Origin: a virus
Taxonomy: Duplodnaviria; Caudoviricetes
Reading direction: 5' to 3' (one strand)
IMG/VR virus record: IMGVR_UViG_3300025458_000007
Coordinates: 1-36,934 of that record
Length of the DNA stretch: 36,934 bases
Below, in pieces: positions 1 through 8,949 of the stretch (positions are counted from its first letter, which is position 1; each line of letters opens with the position of its first letter). A model generated the notes under the pieces. The model was given only the letters and a program-made list of their open reading frames with translations, had not been told where the DNA came from and did no database searches. The position numbers were made by a program, and so were the translations under genes.

Positions 1-812
1 ACTCACCGTACAAACTAGACCAAGAGGAAAGTAAGAAGTACGGTGCGGGTAATGTGAATAAGCACCTATTTGAGGGGCGTAACAACAAAGTCAAGGAAAC
101 CATCAGCAAATTCTCAGAGGTATATGTATATGTAAAAGAGAACACCGTGCCTTGGAGTACCGGCGTGGATATGCTGAACATAGACCACTACATGGACTTT
201 ACTCAAGGACTTAGACAGTTAGTTGACCAAGCGAACCAAGCAGTATCATCACTACGAGTAGTTTGGGACAGCGAAGTCCAAGCCGACTTGGATAGACTGG
301 CACAGATAGCACAAGCGAAAGGTAAGCCTAATTTAGCAGACCCGAGCGACTACCCCACCGCAGATGAGATGGTGGGTAAGTTTAGTATCGACGTGAGGTA
401 CATGCCAGTGCCAACGACCGGTGACTTTAGAGTAGGCATCAGCGACGAGGACAAAGAGTCACTACAACAGCAGTTAGATGACGCAGGGAACAACGCGACA
501 ACTCATGTACTTGAGTCGATGATAGCGCCAATGAAACGAGCCATCGAGAAGTTAGCAGTGCCTATTGGTAACGACGGTAGTGTGTTCAGAGATACGCTAA
601 TCGACAACATGGTAGACGTGGCAGAGCGTATGAACAAAGTCAATCTATCAGACGACCCAGTAATCCAAACAAAGATTGACGACCTACGTAGCCTTGTGGG
701 GCAGTACGCCAACCCTATGGGTAAAGACATGTTACGTAGCAGTCAAACGGTACGTGAGAAAGCAGTTACACAGATAGACAGCCTAGTAAGTCAGATGGCT
801 AACCTAGTATGA
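1..812 (+). CDS. DUF3150-like protein (5'-truncated by the window edge)
   Basis: The frame is open from position 3 (SPYKLDQEESKKYGAGNV...), so the GTG at 54 is probably not the true start. Motifs NKHLF...TVPW..G...DYPT..E...KF....MPVP..GDFRV resemble DUF3150-type proteins found beside vWA/MoxR genes in phages. Confidence 0.6.
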   Translation, partial: SPYKLDQEESKKYGAGNVNKHLFEGRNNKVKETISKFSEVYVYVKENTVPWSTGVDMLNIDHYMDFTQGLRQLVDQANQAVSSLRVVWDSEVQADLDRLAQIAQAKGKPNLADPSDYPTADEMVGKFSIDVRYMPVPTTGDFRVGISDEDKESLQQQLDDAGNNATTHVLESMIAPMKRAIEKLAVPIGNDGSVFRDTLIDNMVDVAERMNKVNLSDDPVIQTKIDDLRSLVGQYANPMGKDMLRSSQTVREKAVTQIDSLVSQMANLV

Positions 813-1042
813 GTATCCCAGAGAAGTTAGTGTGTGAACTGTGCGGGAGTTCCAACACATCTCGCGATGGGTATGCTAGATGGGATACCGACACACAAAA
901 GTGGGAGGTCACCGATATGTCAGACTATACGTGGTGTAGTGCTTGTGACAATGAGATAACCGGTGAATGGTTACCGCTAGAACTTAAAGACATGGCGAAG
1001 TTCGCAATCAAAAAGGAGAATGAAGATGGGATACCGAAGTGA
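809..1042 (+). CDS. Small zinc-ribbon protein
   Basis: CELC...WCSAC (two CxxC pairs); ATGA overlap with the upstream stop. Confidence 0.7.
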   Translation: MSIPEKLVCELCGSSNTSRDGYARWDTDTQKWEVTDMSDYTWCSACDNEITGEWLPLELKDMAKFAIKKENEDGIPK

Positions 1043-1436
1043 TGTATCGATACTTATATACGGTGACACCAAGGACGTAGTAGCGTTCGTTGCCGGTGAG
1101 AAACTACAAGGAAAGCCAAAGGAGAGCGAGTTCCACCCGCTCAGTGAGCCGACGAACGAGTCCCATGAGCGTAACACGTACACTTATGGTGCGAAGGACG
1201 AGTTCACGATGATGGAGTTCAATTGGTGGGACGTGAAGTGGTACGACAGCTACCCCGAGGTTGCCTATTGGGAGAACCTACTAGGGTTGTTCGAGGACTC
1301 TTTCGGCACTACGTCGTTGAGCATGGAGTTGACACTAGTAGGCGAGTCAATAGATGACAACCGAACCGATTACATGGGTACTGACTGCGAGTACCGCCTA
1401 AACATTAGTAGAGAGATAACGAAAGACTTACCATAA
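1026..1436 (+). CDS. Hypothetical acidic phage protein (MGYRSDV...)
   Basis: SD AGGAG at 1014-1018 fits ATG 1026 better than ATG 1020; Trp/Tyr-rich core WWDVKWYDSYPEV. Confidence 0.7.
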   Translation: MGYRSDVSILIYGDTKDVVAFVAGEKLQGKPKESEFHPLSEPTNESHERNTYTYGAKDEFTMMEFNWWDVKWYDSYPEVAYWENLLGLFEDSFGTTSLSMELTLVGESIDDNRTDYMGTDCEYRLNISREITKDLP

Positions 1437-1446
1437 AGGAGATACC

Positions 1447-2607
1447 ATGAGTAATGCAGTAACAGTTGAGGAAACTATAAACCAAGCAGAAGTAGAGCGT
1501 AAGGTTGGCAAAGCCAAGGCACTACTTATTTTAGACCACCCGTTCTTCGGCACCGCTGTGTCTAAGCGACCGATACAGTATTCAGATGCAGTACCAACTG
1601 CCGGTATGTCAGCAACGGGACAGATGATAATCAACCCCGCGTTCGCCGAGAACCTAACAGTCAAGAACTTAATGTTCTTGATGGCACACGAAGCCATGCA
1701 CTACATGTTGGCACACGCACTAAGACGTAAGCACCGCGACCACCAAGCGTGGAACGTAGCGTGTGACAAAGTCATTAACGACACACTCATAGAAGCAAAC
1801 GTTGGAGACTTTATTGATGGGGGCGTCACACTACATGACGCTAGGAACTACGCGTCAGAAGAATTATACGATGAAAACGACGACGACATGGGTAGCGGTG
1901 GCATCGGCAACGACATCGGTGACCCCGTCGACGACAACGGTAATCCTTTGGACGAGTCGCAGATGCACCAACTAGAAGCCCAATCTAAGATTGATACAAT
2001 TCAGTCAGCTAAGGCCGCGAAGTCATCAGGGAAACTGCCATCATCTATTGAGCGTATGGTTGATGACATGGTTAACGTAGAAACCCCTTGGCACGAGAAG
2101 CTAGAGAGGTACATGAGTTCCAAAGTTAAAGACGGTTACTCATGGAATAGACCGAATCGGAGGTTTATTGGTCAAGGTGTCTACTTGCCCGGAACTGACT
2201 ACGTTGCTCGTATGGGTGAGTTAGTTGTAGCCGTAGATACGTCAGGAAGTTTAGACTCAAAAGAGTTAGGGTACTTCAACGAACACATCAATAGGATTGT
2301 GGACACGTGCTTACCTGAGAAGATAACAGTATTGTACTGCGATACTAGTATCGGTGGGACAGCAGAGTACACACCGGACGACCTACCGATAAAGTTACAG
2401 CCCGTAGGTGGCGGTGGTACATCGTTCAAGCCGGTGTTCAAGTGGATAGAAGACTACGCCGGTGACGTTGAGTGCCTAGTGTATTTCACAGATGGATACG
2501 GTGACCAAGACTACATAGAAGCCCCAGCCGTAGATACTATTTGGCTAACGACCGGACGAGAGGACTTTAAGTTCGGTGATGTAATTAAATTTGATATGGA
2601 GGTGTAG
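1447..2607 (+). CDS. DUF2201-type HExxH metallopeptidase fused to a vWA domain
   Basis: HEAMH zincin motif, WNVACDKVIN, acidic Gly/Asp linker, YSWNRPNRRF, MIDAS DTSGS, GGGGTSF, FTDGYG; SD AAGGAG upstream. Confidence 0.9.
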   Translation: MSNAVTVEETINQAEVERKVGKAKALLILDHPFFGTAVSKRPIQYSDAVPTAGMSATGQMIINPAFAENLTVKNLMFLMAHEAMHYMLAHALRRKHRDHQAWNVACDKVINDTLIEANVGDFIDGGVTLHDARNYASEELYDENDDDMGSGGIGNDIGDPVDDNGNPLDESQMHQLEAQSKIDTIQSAKAAKSSGKLPSSIERMVDDMVNVETPWHEKLERYMSSKVKDGYSWNRPNRRFIGQGVYLPGTDYVARMGELVVAVDTSGSLDSKELGYFNEHINRIVDTCLPEKITVLYCDTSIGGTAEYTPDDLPIKLQPVGGGGTSFKPVFKWIEDYAGDVECLVYFTDGYGDQDYIEAPAVDTIWLTTGREDFKFGDVIKFDMEV

Positions 2608-2608
2608 T

Positions 2609-2788
2609 GTGGAACTAGAGATAGCAGGACTCATAGGGTCGGCGTTACTGATAGGTGCGTACTACTTAGGCAGGTCAGCAGGACGTATGGACGTGGCGAT
2701 AGAAGTCATGAAGGCAGAAGTTCAACTGTTGGCACAAGTCAACGAAACGTTAGATAAAGCGATAGAAGAAGCAAAGGAGGAAACATGA
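2609..2788 (+). CDS. Small membrane-anchored protein
   Basis: GGAGG at 2598-2602 precedes GTG 2609; N-terminal hydrophobic helix IAGLIGSALLIGAYYLG followed by a coiled-coil-like tail. Confidence 0.6.
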   Translation: MELEIAGLIGSALLIGAYYLGRSAGRMDVAIEVMKAEVQLLAQVNETLDKAIEEAKEET

Positions 2789-2973
2789 AGTACGAGGTGA
2801 CGATAGACCAAGTGATATCAGAAGTGGTAACAATTGAAGCTGATAGCGAACAGGACGCCATGAACAAAGCGGGAGATGAACTGTACCAAAGCAACAACAG
2901 TAGCTTTGACGGTATGCCCGAGTATAGGTTTGCGGTGAAGAAAGTAATAACAAAGGAGATAGACCATGATTAG
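2785..2973 (+). CDS. DpnD/PcfM-like small protein
   Basis: The pattern KYEVTIDQVISEVVTIEADSEQDA resembles DpnD/PcfM-type proteins; SD AGGAGG upstream. Confidence 0.55.
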   Translation: MKYEVTIDQVISEVVTIEADSEQDAMNKAGDELYQSNNSSFDGMPEYRFAVKKVITKEIDHD

Positions 2974-3688
2974 TAAAGACTTTTTCAAAGAAGACACGGG
3001 TAATTACCCCGAAAAGGTTAGGCGTTGGGACGAGTATAAAGCGTTCCACATGAACAACGGTATGTTCGTAGAGTTCGAGTCGGGGGAGTTAATGGTAAGA
3101 GGGACATCAGACCCCGACTATCGTAAATACTACCCCGAATACGACATTCAGTTAGTTACGACGACCGACTCAGATTGTCCAACGCTATACTTGGATAAGG
3201 AGTGTACGCAACCCGTTAAGAAAGCGTGGGTAACTCAACATGGACAGCAACACTTAGCGATTGACTACGAGAGAAAAGTCGCTGTTGCGGTCTTTGAGGG
3301 GTATAGGCACACGGATAACACTATGCTAGGCAACCACGTTATGAGAGCGAGTGCGTATTGGGCGGGGCAGAAACGACTACCCGTACCCCTAGTTAAAATC
3401 AAGGTACAGACACCCGACCCGGAGTACAAGAAGCAAATGAGTAAGGTACTAACAGAGGTTAGAGCCGCCGTTACTGCTGTACACCGTATGAAAGGCGACG
3501 AGGGTAAAAGTTGGTGGGGGGCAGAGGCACATACCGCAGGTACTTCATGGTACGACTCATCGGCGAGTGACATCATCGCTGAGTTAAGTCAAGACGATAA
3601 AGTTATGTACAACGTAGCGACTAAAGGGTTTGAGTACCCAAGGAAACTAAATGAAGTGGAGTTCTTATATGTCAAAGAACGCAATTAA
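2966..3688 (+). CDS. Hypothetical protein (240 aa)
   Basis: Long ORF in operon context with SD AAGGAG; no recognised motif. Confidence 0.75.
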   Translation: MISKDFFKEDTGNYPEKVRRWDEYKAFHMNNGMFVEFESGELMVRGTSDPDYRKYYPEYDIQLVTTTDSDCPTLYLDKECTQPVKKAWVTQHGQQHLAIDYERKVAVAVFEGYRHTDNTMLGNHVMRASAYWAGQKRLPVPLVKIKVQTPDPEYKKQMSKVLTEVRAAVTAVHRMKGDEGKSWWGAEAHTAGTSWYDSSASDIIAELSQDDKVMYNVATKGFEYPRKLNEVEFLYVKERN

Positions 3689-3705
3689 AATAAAGGAGAA
3701 ATAAT

Positions 3706-4236
3706 ATGGCAATCAAACAAATAGTACACGATGCGTATGCGATAGCAAAGGACGCGTCTATAAGTAACATCGATGTAACACTAGACACAAGTATGTGGTC
3801 GAAACGTAAGCAGAACATCATCGTGAAAGCAATTGACCTCGGCGTTGCTGACTGCGGGTGGGAAACTGCTAACTTCGTAGCGGCTCTAACAAAAACGTAT
3901 GACATCGGGGTTCAGAAAGTGACTCAATGGAACCGGGACCTAGACTTAGACTTAGTAGAGCCTAGTAAAGTTGAGGAGGTTAAGGCCTACGTTGCTGCGT
4001 TGATAAGAACGCGAGTAGGTGGCACTTCTTGGTCGGAGAACAGTTTCATGAACGATTTAGAAAATGGGCGTGTAGTGAGCCGAGTGCCTATCCCAGTTAA
4101 CTTTGGTAAAGGAGACCGACAGAAATTTGTTGCGGATTACCTTAAGCCCCAAGACGAAGCCGACAGAATTAGGCGCGATAACTTAATAAATAAAATAAGA
4201 AGTGGTCACAAGTTAACTATTTCGTTTACAATATAG
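3706..4236 (+). CDS. Hypothetical protein (176 aa)
   Basis: SD AAAGGAG upstream; operon context. Confidence 0.75.
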   Translation: MAIKQIVHDAYAIAKDASISNIDVTLDTSMWSKRKQNIIVKAIDLGVADCGWETANFVAALTKTYDIGVQKVTQWNRDLDLDLVEPSKVEEVKAYVAALIRTRVGGTSWSENSFMNDLENGRVVSRVPIPVNFGKGDRQKFVADYLKPQDEADRIRRDNLINKIRSGHKLTISFTI

Positions 4237-4249
4237 AAAGGAGAGCAAA

Positions 4250-4918
4250 ATGGCTTATGTAAGAAGAACAGATGCACTAGTTGCACTCGTGGAGCGTAAA
4301 GTCCTTAATATGATGGACGAAGAGTTAGCTAGGGTGCACAGACGAGAAGATATTGATATAGGCACGCCGTTGTATGACGACGTACGTGTAGCAGTAGAGG
4401 GCGTGTTGTGGAAACCAGCACCCGAACTCATGGACAAAATGCCTAAAGAGTGGTGTAGGCACGAGGACTCCATGTCGACATCATTTAAGATAGGCGAGGG
4501 TTTCAAGTCAGTTAGATACACGCTAGACTCGCCTACCGATGACCCCCTTAAACTTCCTCCAAATGCTAGTAGGTGGGATACGATAGACGTTGAAGAGTCA
4601 GACATGACACCTCTTATTAAAGAGTGGGTTACTCGTAGGCTCGCTACTGAGGTAAAACGCGACGAAACTGTTGACTTGTTTGGGAGCATAGGCACTCAGT
4701 TGCGTGATTACTTGCTATCCCATGCGTCACTTAACACAGCCCTAAAAGAAATGCCCGAGTTAGAGATGTATATACCCCAAGACATCTTGGATAAGGTAAG
4801 TGCGAAAGTCGTTAGGGCTAAAAAGGAAAAGGAAGACGTAGTAGACAAGTTAGGTATCGACGTTGATGCCCTAACTAGAGCGGCGGTCGCCCACAGACTT
4901 ACCATGGGGGACAGCTAG
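4250..4918 (+). CDS. Nmad5-like (nucleotide-modification-associated domain 5) protein
   Basis: N-terminal MAYVR and C-terminal LLSHASLNTALKEMPELEMYIP...D.DALT.AAV pattern, recalled for Nmad5-like phage proteins (by eye only). Confidence 0.5.
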   Translation: MAYVRRTDALVALVERKVLNMMDEELARVHRREDIDIGTPLYDDVRVAVEGVLWKPAPELMDKMPKEWCRHEDSMSTSFKIGEGFKSVRYTLDSPTDDPLKLPPNASRWDTIDVEESDMTPLIKEWVTRRLATEVKRDETVDLFGSIGTQLRDYLLSHASLNTALKEMPELEMYIPQDILDKVSAKVVRAKKEKEDVVDKLGIDVDALTRAAVAHRLTMGDS

Positions 4919-5031
4919 TGTACGACGTAGGAGAAATAGTAGTCGGGGGTGTCCTTCTAGCCAGTGCGTATGGGCTAGTACGAGCCGCCGATTTCAACAA
5001 CAATGTAATTAATAAACCAAAAAGGAGCAAT

Positions 5032-5346
5032 ATGTTAGACACAACAGCATTAAAGAAAGCGTGGAACGAAGTACTAATACTTAGAACAATGAACGATGAG
5101 TTACACCTTAGCGACGGTAAGTTGTTAACCGACCTAGAGTTTGCGATGCTGTGTCATGTGACACATCAAAGCGGTAAAGTTAACATCACTAGCATAGTGA
5201 ACCACCCGTACTTTTCGGTGGCGTCGCTATCTACTGTGAAGCGAGCAGTTGCACGACTCATCGGCGAAAACTTAATATATGTAGTAAACACGTCGCACGA
5301 CAAGCGAGAGCGTATGTTAGCTGTCAAAGAGTCTGACCTTGGATAA
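5032..5346 (+). CDS. MarR-like winged-helix DNA-binding protein
   Basis: SLSTVKRAVARLIGENLI...HDKRERML (recognition helix plus DxR wing). SD AAGGAG precedes ATG 5032; the frame is also open from GTG 4918. Confidence 0.7.
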   Translation: MLDTTALKKAWNEVLILRTMNDELHLSDGKLLTDLEFAMLCHVTHQSGKVNITSIVNHPYFSVASLSTVKRAVARLIGENLIYVVNTSHDKRERMLAVKESDLG

Positions 5347-5353
5347 GGCGTTA

Positions 5354-5431
5354 ATGATAAACGTACTGTGGATGGCCTCTATGTTGTACATAGGGTTGTT
5401 AGTGTGGATGTCAGTACCGGAAAAGAAGTAA
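5354..5431 (+). CDS. 25-aa single-pass membrane peptide (MINVLWMASMLYIGLLVWMSVPEKK)
   Basis: Translated by hand; fills the gap after the MarR-like gene; hydrophobic core with a basic C-terminus. Confidence 0.45.
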   Translation: MINVLWMASMLYIGLLVWMSVPEKK

Positions 5432-5445
5432 AACCGTTAGTGTGT

Positions 5446-5466
5446 AAGAGTCCACTGTGGACTTTT
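5446..5466. promoter_or_regulatory. Palindromic motif copy 1 (AAGAGTCCAC-T-GTGGACTTTT)
   Basis: Core AGTCCAC-Y-GTGGACT also at 14347-14361 and 17581-17595. This copy is enclosed by a further stem, GTTAGTGTG 5436-5444 / CGCACTAAC 5475-5483. Confidence 0.7.
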
Positions 5467-5517
5467 GGCAGGAGCGCACTAACTTAATTAATACTGCATA
5501 ACTCTAGGAGAGTAGTA

Positions 5518-5817
5518 ATGAAACGTAAAGTAAACATAGCGGCGGAAGCACGCAAAGCAGGGTTAGACCCAAGAGTAGTATACGTAAGAATGAATAAAGG
5601 TTGGACTAAGAAACGAGCATTAGAAACCCCGGTTAGAGTAGTCAAGAAACCAAAGCGTAAGACGGCTATTAAAAAGGTGACTCACAAACGAGTAGCCCCT
5701 AAGGCAAACAGAATGATACCGGTTGAACATTTTGTGGCCGACAGAACTAATGTTGCAGTTGGCTGGATTTTAAGTACTATAATTGTATTTTTAATAACGA
5801 TAATCGTGATGCGATAA
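5518..5817 (+). CDS. Basic HTH-like protein with a C-terminal transmembrane helix
   Basis: NIAAEARKAGLDPRVVYVRMNKGWT..RALETP resembles the small HTH found on phage HNH nucleases; Lys/Arg-rich linker; hydrophobic tail VAVGWILSTIIVFLITIIVMR. Confidence 0.65.
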   Translation: MKRKVNIAAEARKAGLDPRVVYVRMNKGWTKKRALETPVRVVKKPKRKTAIKKVTHKRVAPKANRMIPVEHFVADRTNVAVGWILSTIIVFLITIIVMR

Positions 5818-5821
5818 ACAT

Positions 5822-6016
5822 ATGGAACTACACAACAACGAAGCATGTAAGGTTAAGTGTGAGGGTATTGTAACAACGCTCGTAGAAATACAAGAACTGC
5901 TAGAGTACCCTCGGTCCGACAGAGAACAGCACATTAAGTGTGCTGTAGACATAGCACTTCAGGACATAAGGTACTTATCCAACGACATGAAGGAAGCCGA
6001 CAATGACAAAACCTAG
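5822..6016 (+). CDS. Hypothetical protein (64 aa)
   Basis: ORF in operon context, overlapping the next start. Confidence 0.55.
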   Translation: MELHNNEACKVKCEGIVTTLVEIQELLEYPRSDREQHIKCAVDIALQDIRYLSNDMKEADNDKT

Positions 6017-6296
6017 AAAGTCTCGATTGTACAAGGTTAAAGAGTTTGTGTTGTCCGACGGTATCACGCTAACGGCTAGAGAGGTTGCCGATAAGTACGA
6101 CGTACCGTTAAGTACCACAAGGACAAGACTGTCAAATGGTGTGAGGGACACTGAAGTCCTTAGTAAGCCGCCACTGCACCACAAGCGAACGAGGTTGGGG
6201 GTGGCACCCCCCGGTAGAGAAGCATCGGTTAAGGAACGAGTCTCCAAGAGGAACTTCAACTGCCCGATGTCTAGGCTGTTACTGAAGGTGATTTAA
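6003..6296 (+). CDS. Small HTH DNA-binding protein
   Basis: LTAREVADKYDVPLSTTRTRLSNG...VLSKP; same pattern as 5518-5817. Confidence 0.65.
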   Translation: MTKPRKSRLYKVKEFVLSDGITLTAREVADKYDVPLSTTRTRLSNGVRDTEVLSKPPLHHKRTRLGVAPPGREASVKERVSKRNFNCPMSRLLLKVI

Positions 6297-6396
6297 ATAG
6301 GACTTGAGAGTGCCTACTAAGGGCTTTAACTAATTATCAGCACTGCTGGTGTTTGTAAAAGATAACTACCCAACTCTCACCAAATAAAACAAGAGA

Positions 6397-6777
6397 ATGA
6401 AGATGAATGATGAACTAAAGGCATATGTAAATGCTTATATGGATGGACTAGAGGTTGAGTATCGTTTTAATACGCATTGGTATAGCGTTGAGTCTTTTTC
6501 AGACTTTGATGATACTAATGCTGATTACCGTATCAAACCTAAAGCAGAAGACAAATGGCAACGAGCTATTGATGAACAACCTTGGAAGCAATTAATAAAA
6601 CACGTAGAACGCTTAGATGACACAGTTACTAGGTTGACATTAGAGGTAGCTAAGTTAAAAGAAGAACCTCCTCTAAATTTCTGGCAGAAGAAAGGCAGGA
6701 TTGAAGCACTATTGGAAAAGATGCGACTGCACGACAAGGTGTGTTCAAGTTTTAACCAGATTAATAAGGAGAAATAA
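6397..6777 (+). CDS. Hypothetical YRIKP-family phage protein with a coiled-coil extension
   Basis: AYMDGLEVEY...W...DYRIKP motif followed by a heptad-like segment. Confidence 0.65.
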   Translation: MKMNDELKAYVNAYMDGLEVEYRFNTHWYSVESFSDFDDTNADYRIKPKAEDKWQRAIDEQPWKQLIKHVERLDDTVTRLTLEVAKLKEEPPLNFWQKKGRIEALLEKMRLHDKVCSSFNQINKEK

Positions 6778-6778
6778 G

Positions 6779-6964
6779 ATGAGACAACATAAACATGCAG
6801 AACTAATACACAAATGGGCAGAGGGTTATCCAATACAGAAACTAGTAGTCCTATGTTGCGACACAAGTGTTAGACATTGGGAAGATATAGTACCCCCTAC
6901 AGCACCCGGTTGGTTTGAAGACCAAGAGTACCGTGTTAAACCAGAGAAACCTAGCAATGGGTAA
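6779..6964 (+). CDS. Hypothetical YRIKP-family phage protein (61 aa)
   Basis: MRQHKHAELIHKWAEGYPIQ...W.....P.W....EYRVKP; SD AAGGAG precedes ATG 6779, so the longer TTG start is unlikely. Confidence 0.7.
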   Translation: MRQHKHAELIHKWAEGYPIQKLVVLCCDTSVRHWEDIVPPTAPGWFEDQEYRVKPEKPSNG

Positions 6965-7029
6965 CCTAAACGAAGACAGAATGAACATGACCGAGCACAC
7001 TACGGCCTAAAAGAATATTAGGAGACTAA

Positions 7030-8949
7030 ATGAGAATATGTACATTAGACCTAGAGACGTTTTGGGACGTAGGTCATTCCCTAACCAAGATGTCACCTAT
7101 TGCGTATTGTATGCACCCCGACACAGAGATAATCAGTTGTGCGTTTAAGTTCGACGACGGGGATACTGAAGTTGTATTCGGTGAACAGAATGTTAAGGAC
7201 TACTGCAATAAAGTAGATTGGTCTGACTGTTGGGTAGTAGGGCATAACCTATCCGGGTTCGACTCTATGATTTTAGCGTGGAGGCTGAACATCAAACCAA
7301 AACTATGGGGTTGTACGCTAGCAATGGCACGACCTATCCATGCGAAAGACGTAGGACTATCGTTAGCTAAACTAGTAACTCATTATAGGCTTGGGTACAA
7401 AGACAACTCCGCCCTGCTACAAACGAAAGGCAGACACTTATGTGACTTTACTGAGCAAGAGATTGTAGGTATGCGTAGATACAACAAGGAAGACGTGGAC
7501 CAGTGCTACGGACTGCTGTTACGACTCATACCCCAGACCAAGCGCGACGAGGTGAAGCTTATAGACATGACAATTAGAGCACTCGTTGAGCCAACGTTCG
7601 ACTGTGATGTGGACCTACTGAACAACACGTTAGTGGAAGAAGTTGAGAGAAAGCGTATGGCACTCCTAGAAGCCGCCAAACAGATGGACGTGTTTGAATT
7701 AGGCATGGACGACGACGAAGCGGTCGAAGCGGTACTAAAACTACTTTCATCGGCACCGAAGTTCGGTAAGTTCCTAGAGACATTAGGAATAGAAGTCCCT
7801 ATGAAAACATCGGAGCGAACGGGTAAAGAGATACCGGCACTAGCTAAGACCGACGAAGACTTCATAGCTTTACAAGAACACCCTAACCCTTTGGTAGCTG
7901 TGGCCGCTAACGCAAGACTAGACGCCAAGAGTACAATACTACGTACACGAGTTCAAGCGTTCCTAGTCGCCGCCGGGGCACACCCACAGAACAAAGTACC
8001 TATCCCTTTGAAATACTATGGGGCAGATACAACGGGTAGATGGTCGGGGTGGGGATACAATCCACAAAACCTCCCACGTATTAACCCCTATGACCCTAAG
8101 TTATCCGATGCTTTACGAAACTCTCTTATAGCACCGCCAGGGTACAAGGTAGTTGTTGCTGACCTATCGGGTATTGAGTTGAGGGTTAACCACTTCTTGT
8201 GGAAGGTACCTTCAAGCATGGAGTTGTTCCAAGCTGACCCTGAGAACGCTGACCTCTACAAAGAGTTCGCCGCTACCTTATATAGTGTAGACGAGGGCGC
8301 TGTGACGAAACAACAGAGACAAGTAGGTAAAGTCGCCCACCTCGGGCTAGGTTTTGGAGCCGGACACATTACGTTCCAAAAGGTAGCGAAGCTTATGGGT
8401 GGAGTAAACATCGACCTACTAGAGTCTAAAGACATTGTAGATACGTGGCGAAGGGCTTACCCAGATATAACCCAAGCGTGGCGAAGATGTCACAACGTGC
8501 TACCTACTATTATGAGAGGGGCGCAAGGGGGTGCAGTAGACCCTTGGGGTATGGTGTATCCAACGCCGGAAGGACTTCAAACTCCGAAAGGTGTAATTCG
8601 TTACCCTAATCTGCGCACCGAAGTCAACGAGGAAACGGGACGAAGTGAGTTTATCTACGGAGAGGGACGTAACAAGGCTAGGATTTATGCCGGTAAGATT
8701 GTTGAGAACATTGTTCAACACCTCGCTAGGAATGTAATCGCTGATAACGCCTTGGATGTGCAGTCCGAGTTAGGACTCATACCCGCCTTGATGGTGCACG
8801 ACGAACTAGTTTACGTTGTACCCGAAGATGAAGCACAAGATACACTCGATTCAGTACAACGCATAATGAGAACGCCTCCAACATGGTGGCCGGAACTACT
8901 TACGTGGAGCGAAGGAGACATAGCTGACACGTACGGCGCTGCAAAATAA
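7030..8949 (+). CDS. Phage family A DNA polymerase with a 3'-5' exonuclease domain
   Basis: ExoI LDLET, ExoII HNLSGFD, ExoIII YNKED; TTGRWSG..NPQNLP; motif A DLSGIELR; motif B RQVGKVAHLGLGFG; ENIVQ; motif C VHDELV. No 5'-nuclease domain. Confidence 0.95.
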   Translation: MRICTLDLETFWDVGHSLTKMSPIAYCMHPDTEIISCAFKFDDGDTEVVFGEQNVKDYCNKVDWSDCWVVGHNLSGFDSMILAWRLNIKPKLWGCTLAMARPIHAKDVGLSLAKLVTHYRLGYKDNSALLQTKGRHLCDFTEQEIVGMRRYNKEDVDQCYGLLLRLIPQTKRDEVKLIDMTIRALVEPTFDCDVDLLNNTLVEEVERKRMALLEAAKQMDVFELGMDDDEAVEAVLKLLSSAPKFGKFLETLGIEVPMKTSERTGKEIPALAKTDEDFIALQEHPNPLVAVAANARLDAKSTILRTRVQAFLVAAGAHPQNKVPIPLKYYGADTTGRWSGWGYNPQNLPRINPYDPKLSDALRNSLIAPPGYKVVVADLSGIELRVNHFLWKVPSSMELFQADPENADLYKEFAATLYSVDEGAVTKQQRQVGKVAHLGLGFGAGHITFQKVAKLMGGVNIDLLESKDIVDTWRRAYPDITQAWRRCHNVLPTIMRGAQGGAVDPWGMVYPTPEGLQTPKGVIRYPNLRTEVNEETGRSEFIYGEGRNKARIYAGKIVENIVQHLARNVIADNALDVQSELGLIPALMVHDELVYVVPEDEAQDTLDSVQRIMRTPPTWWPELLTWSEGDIADTYGAAK

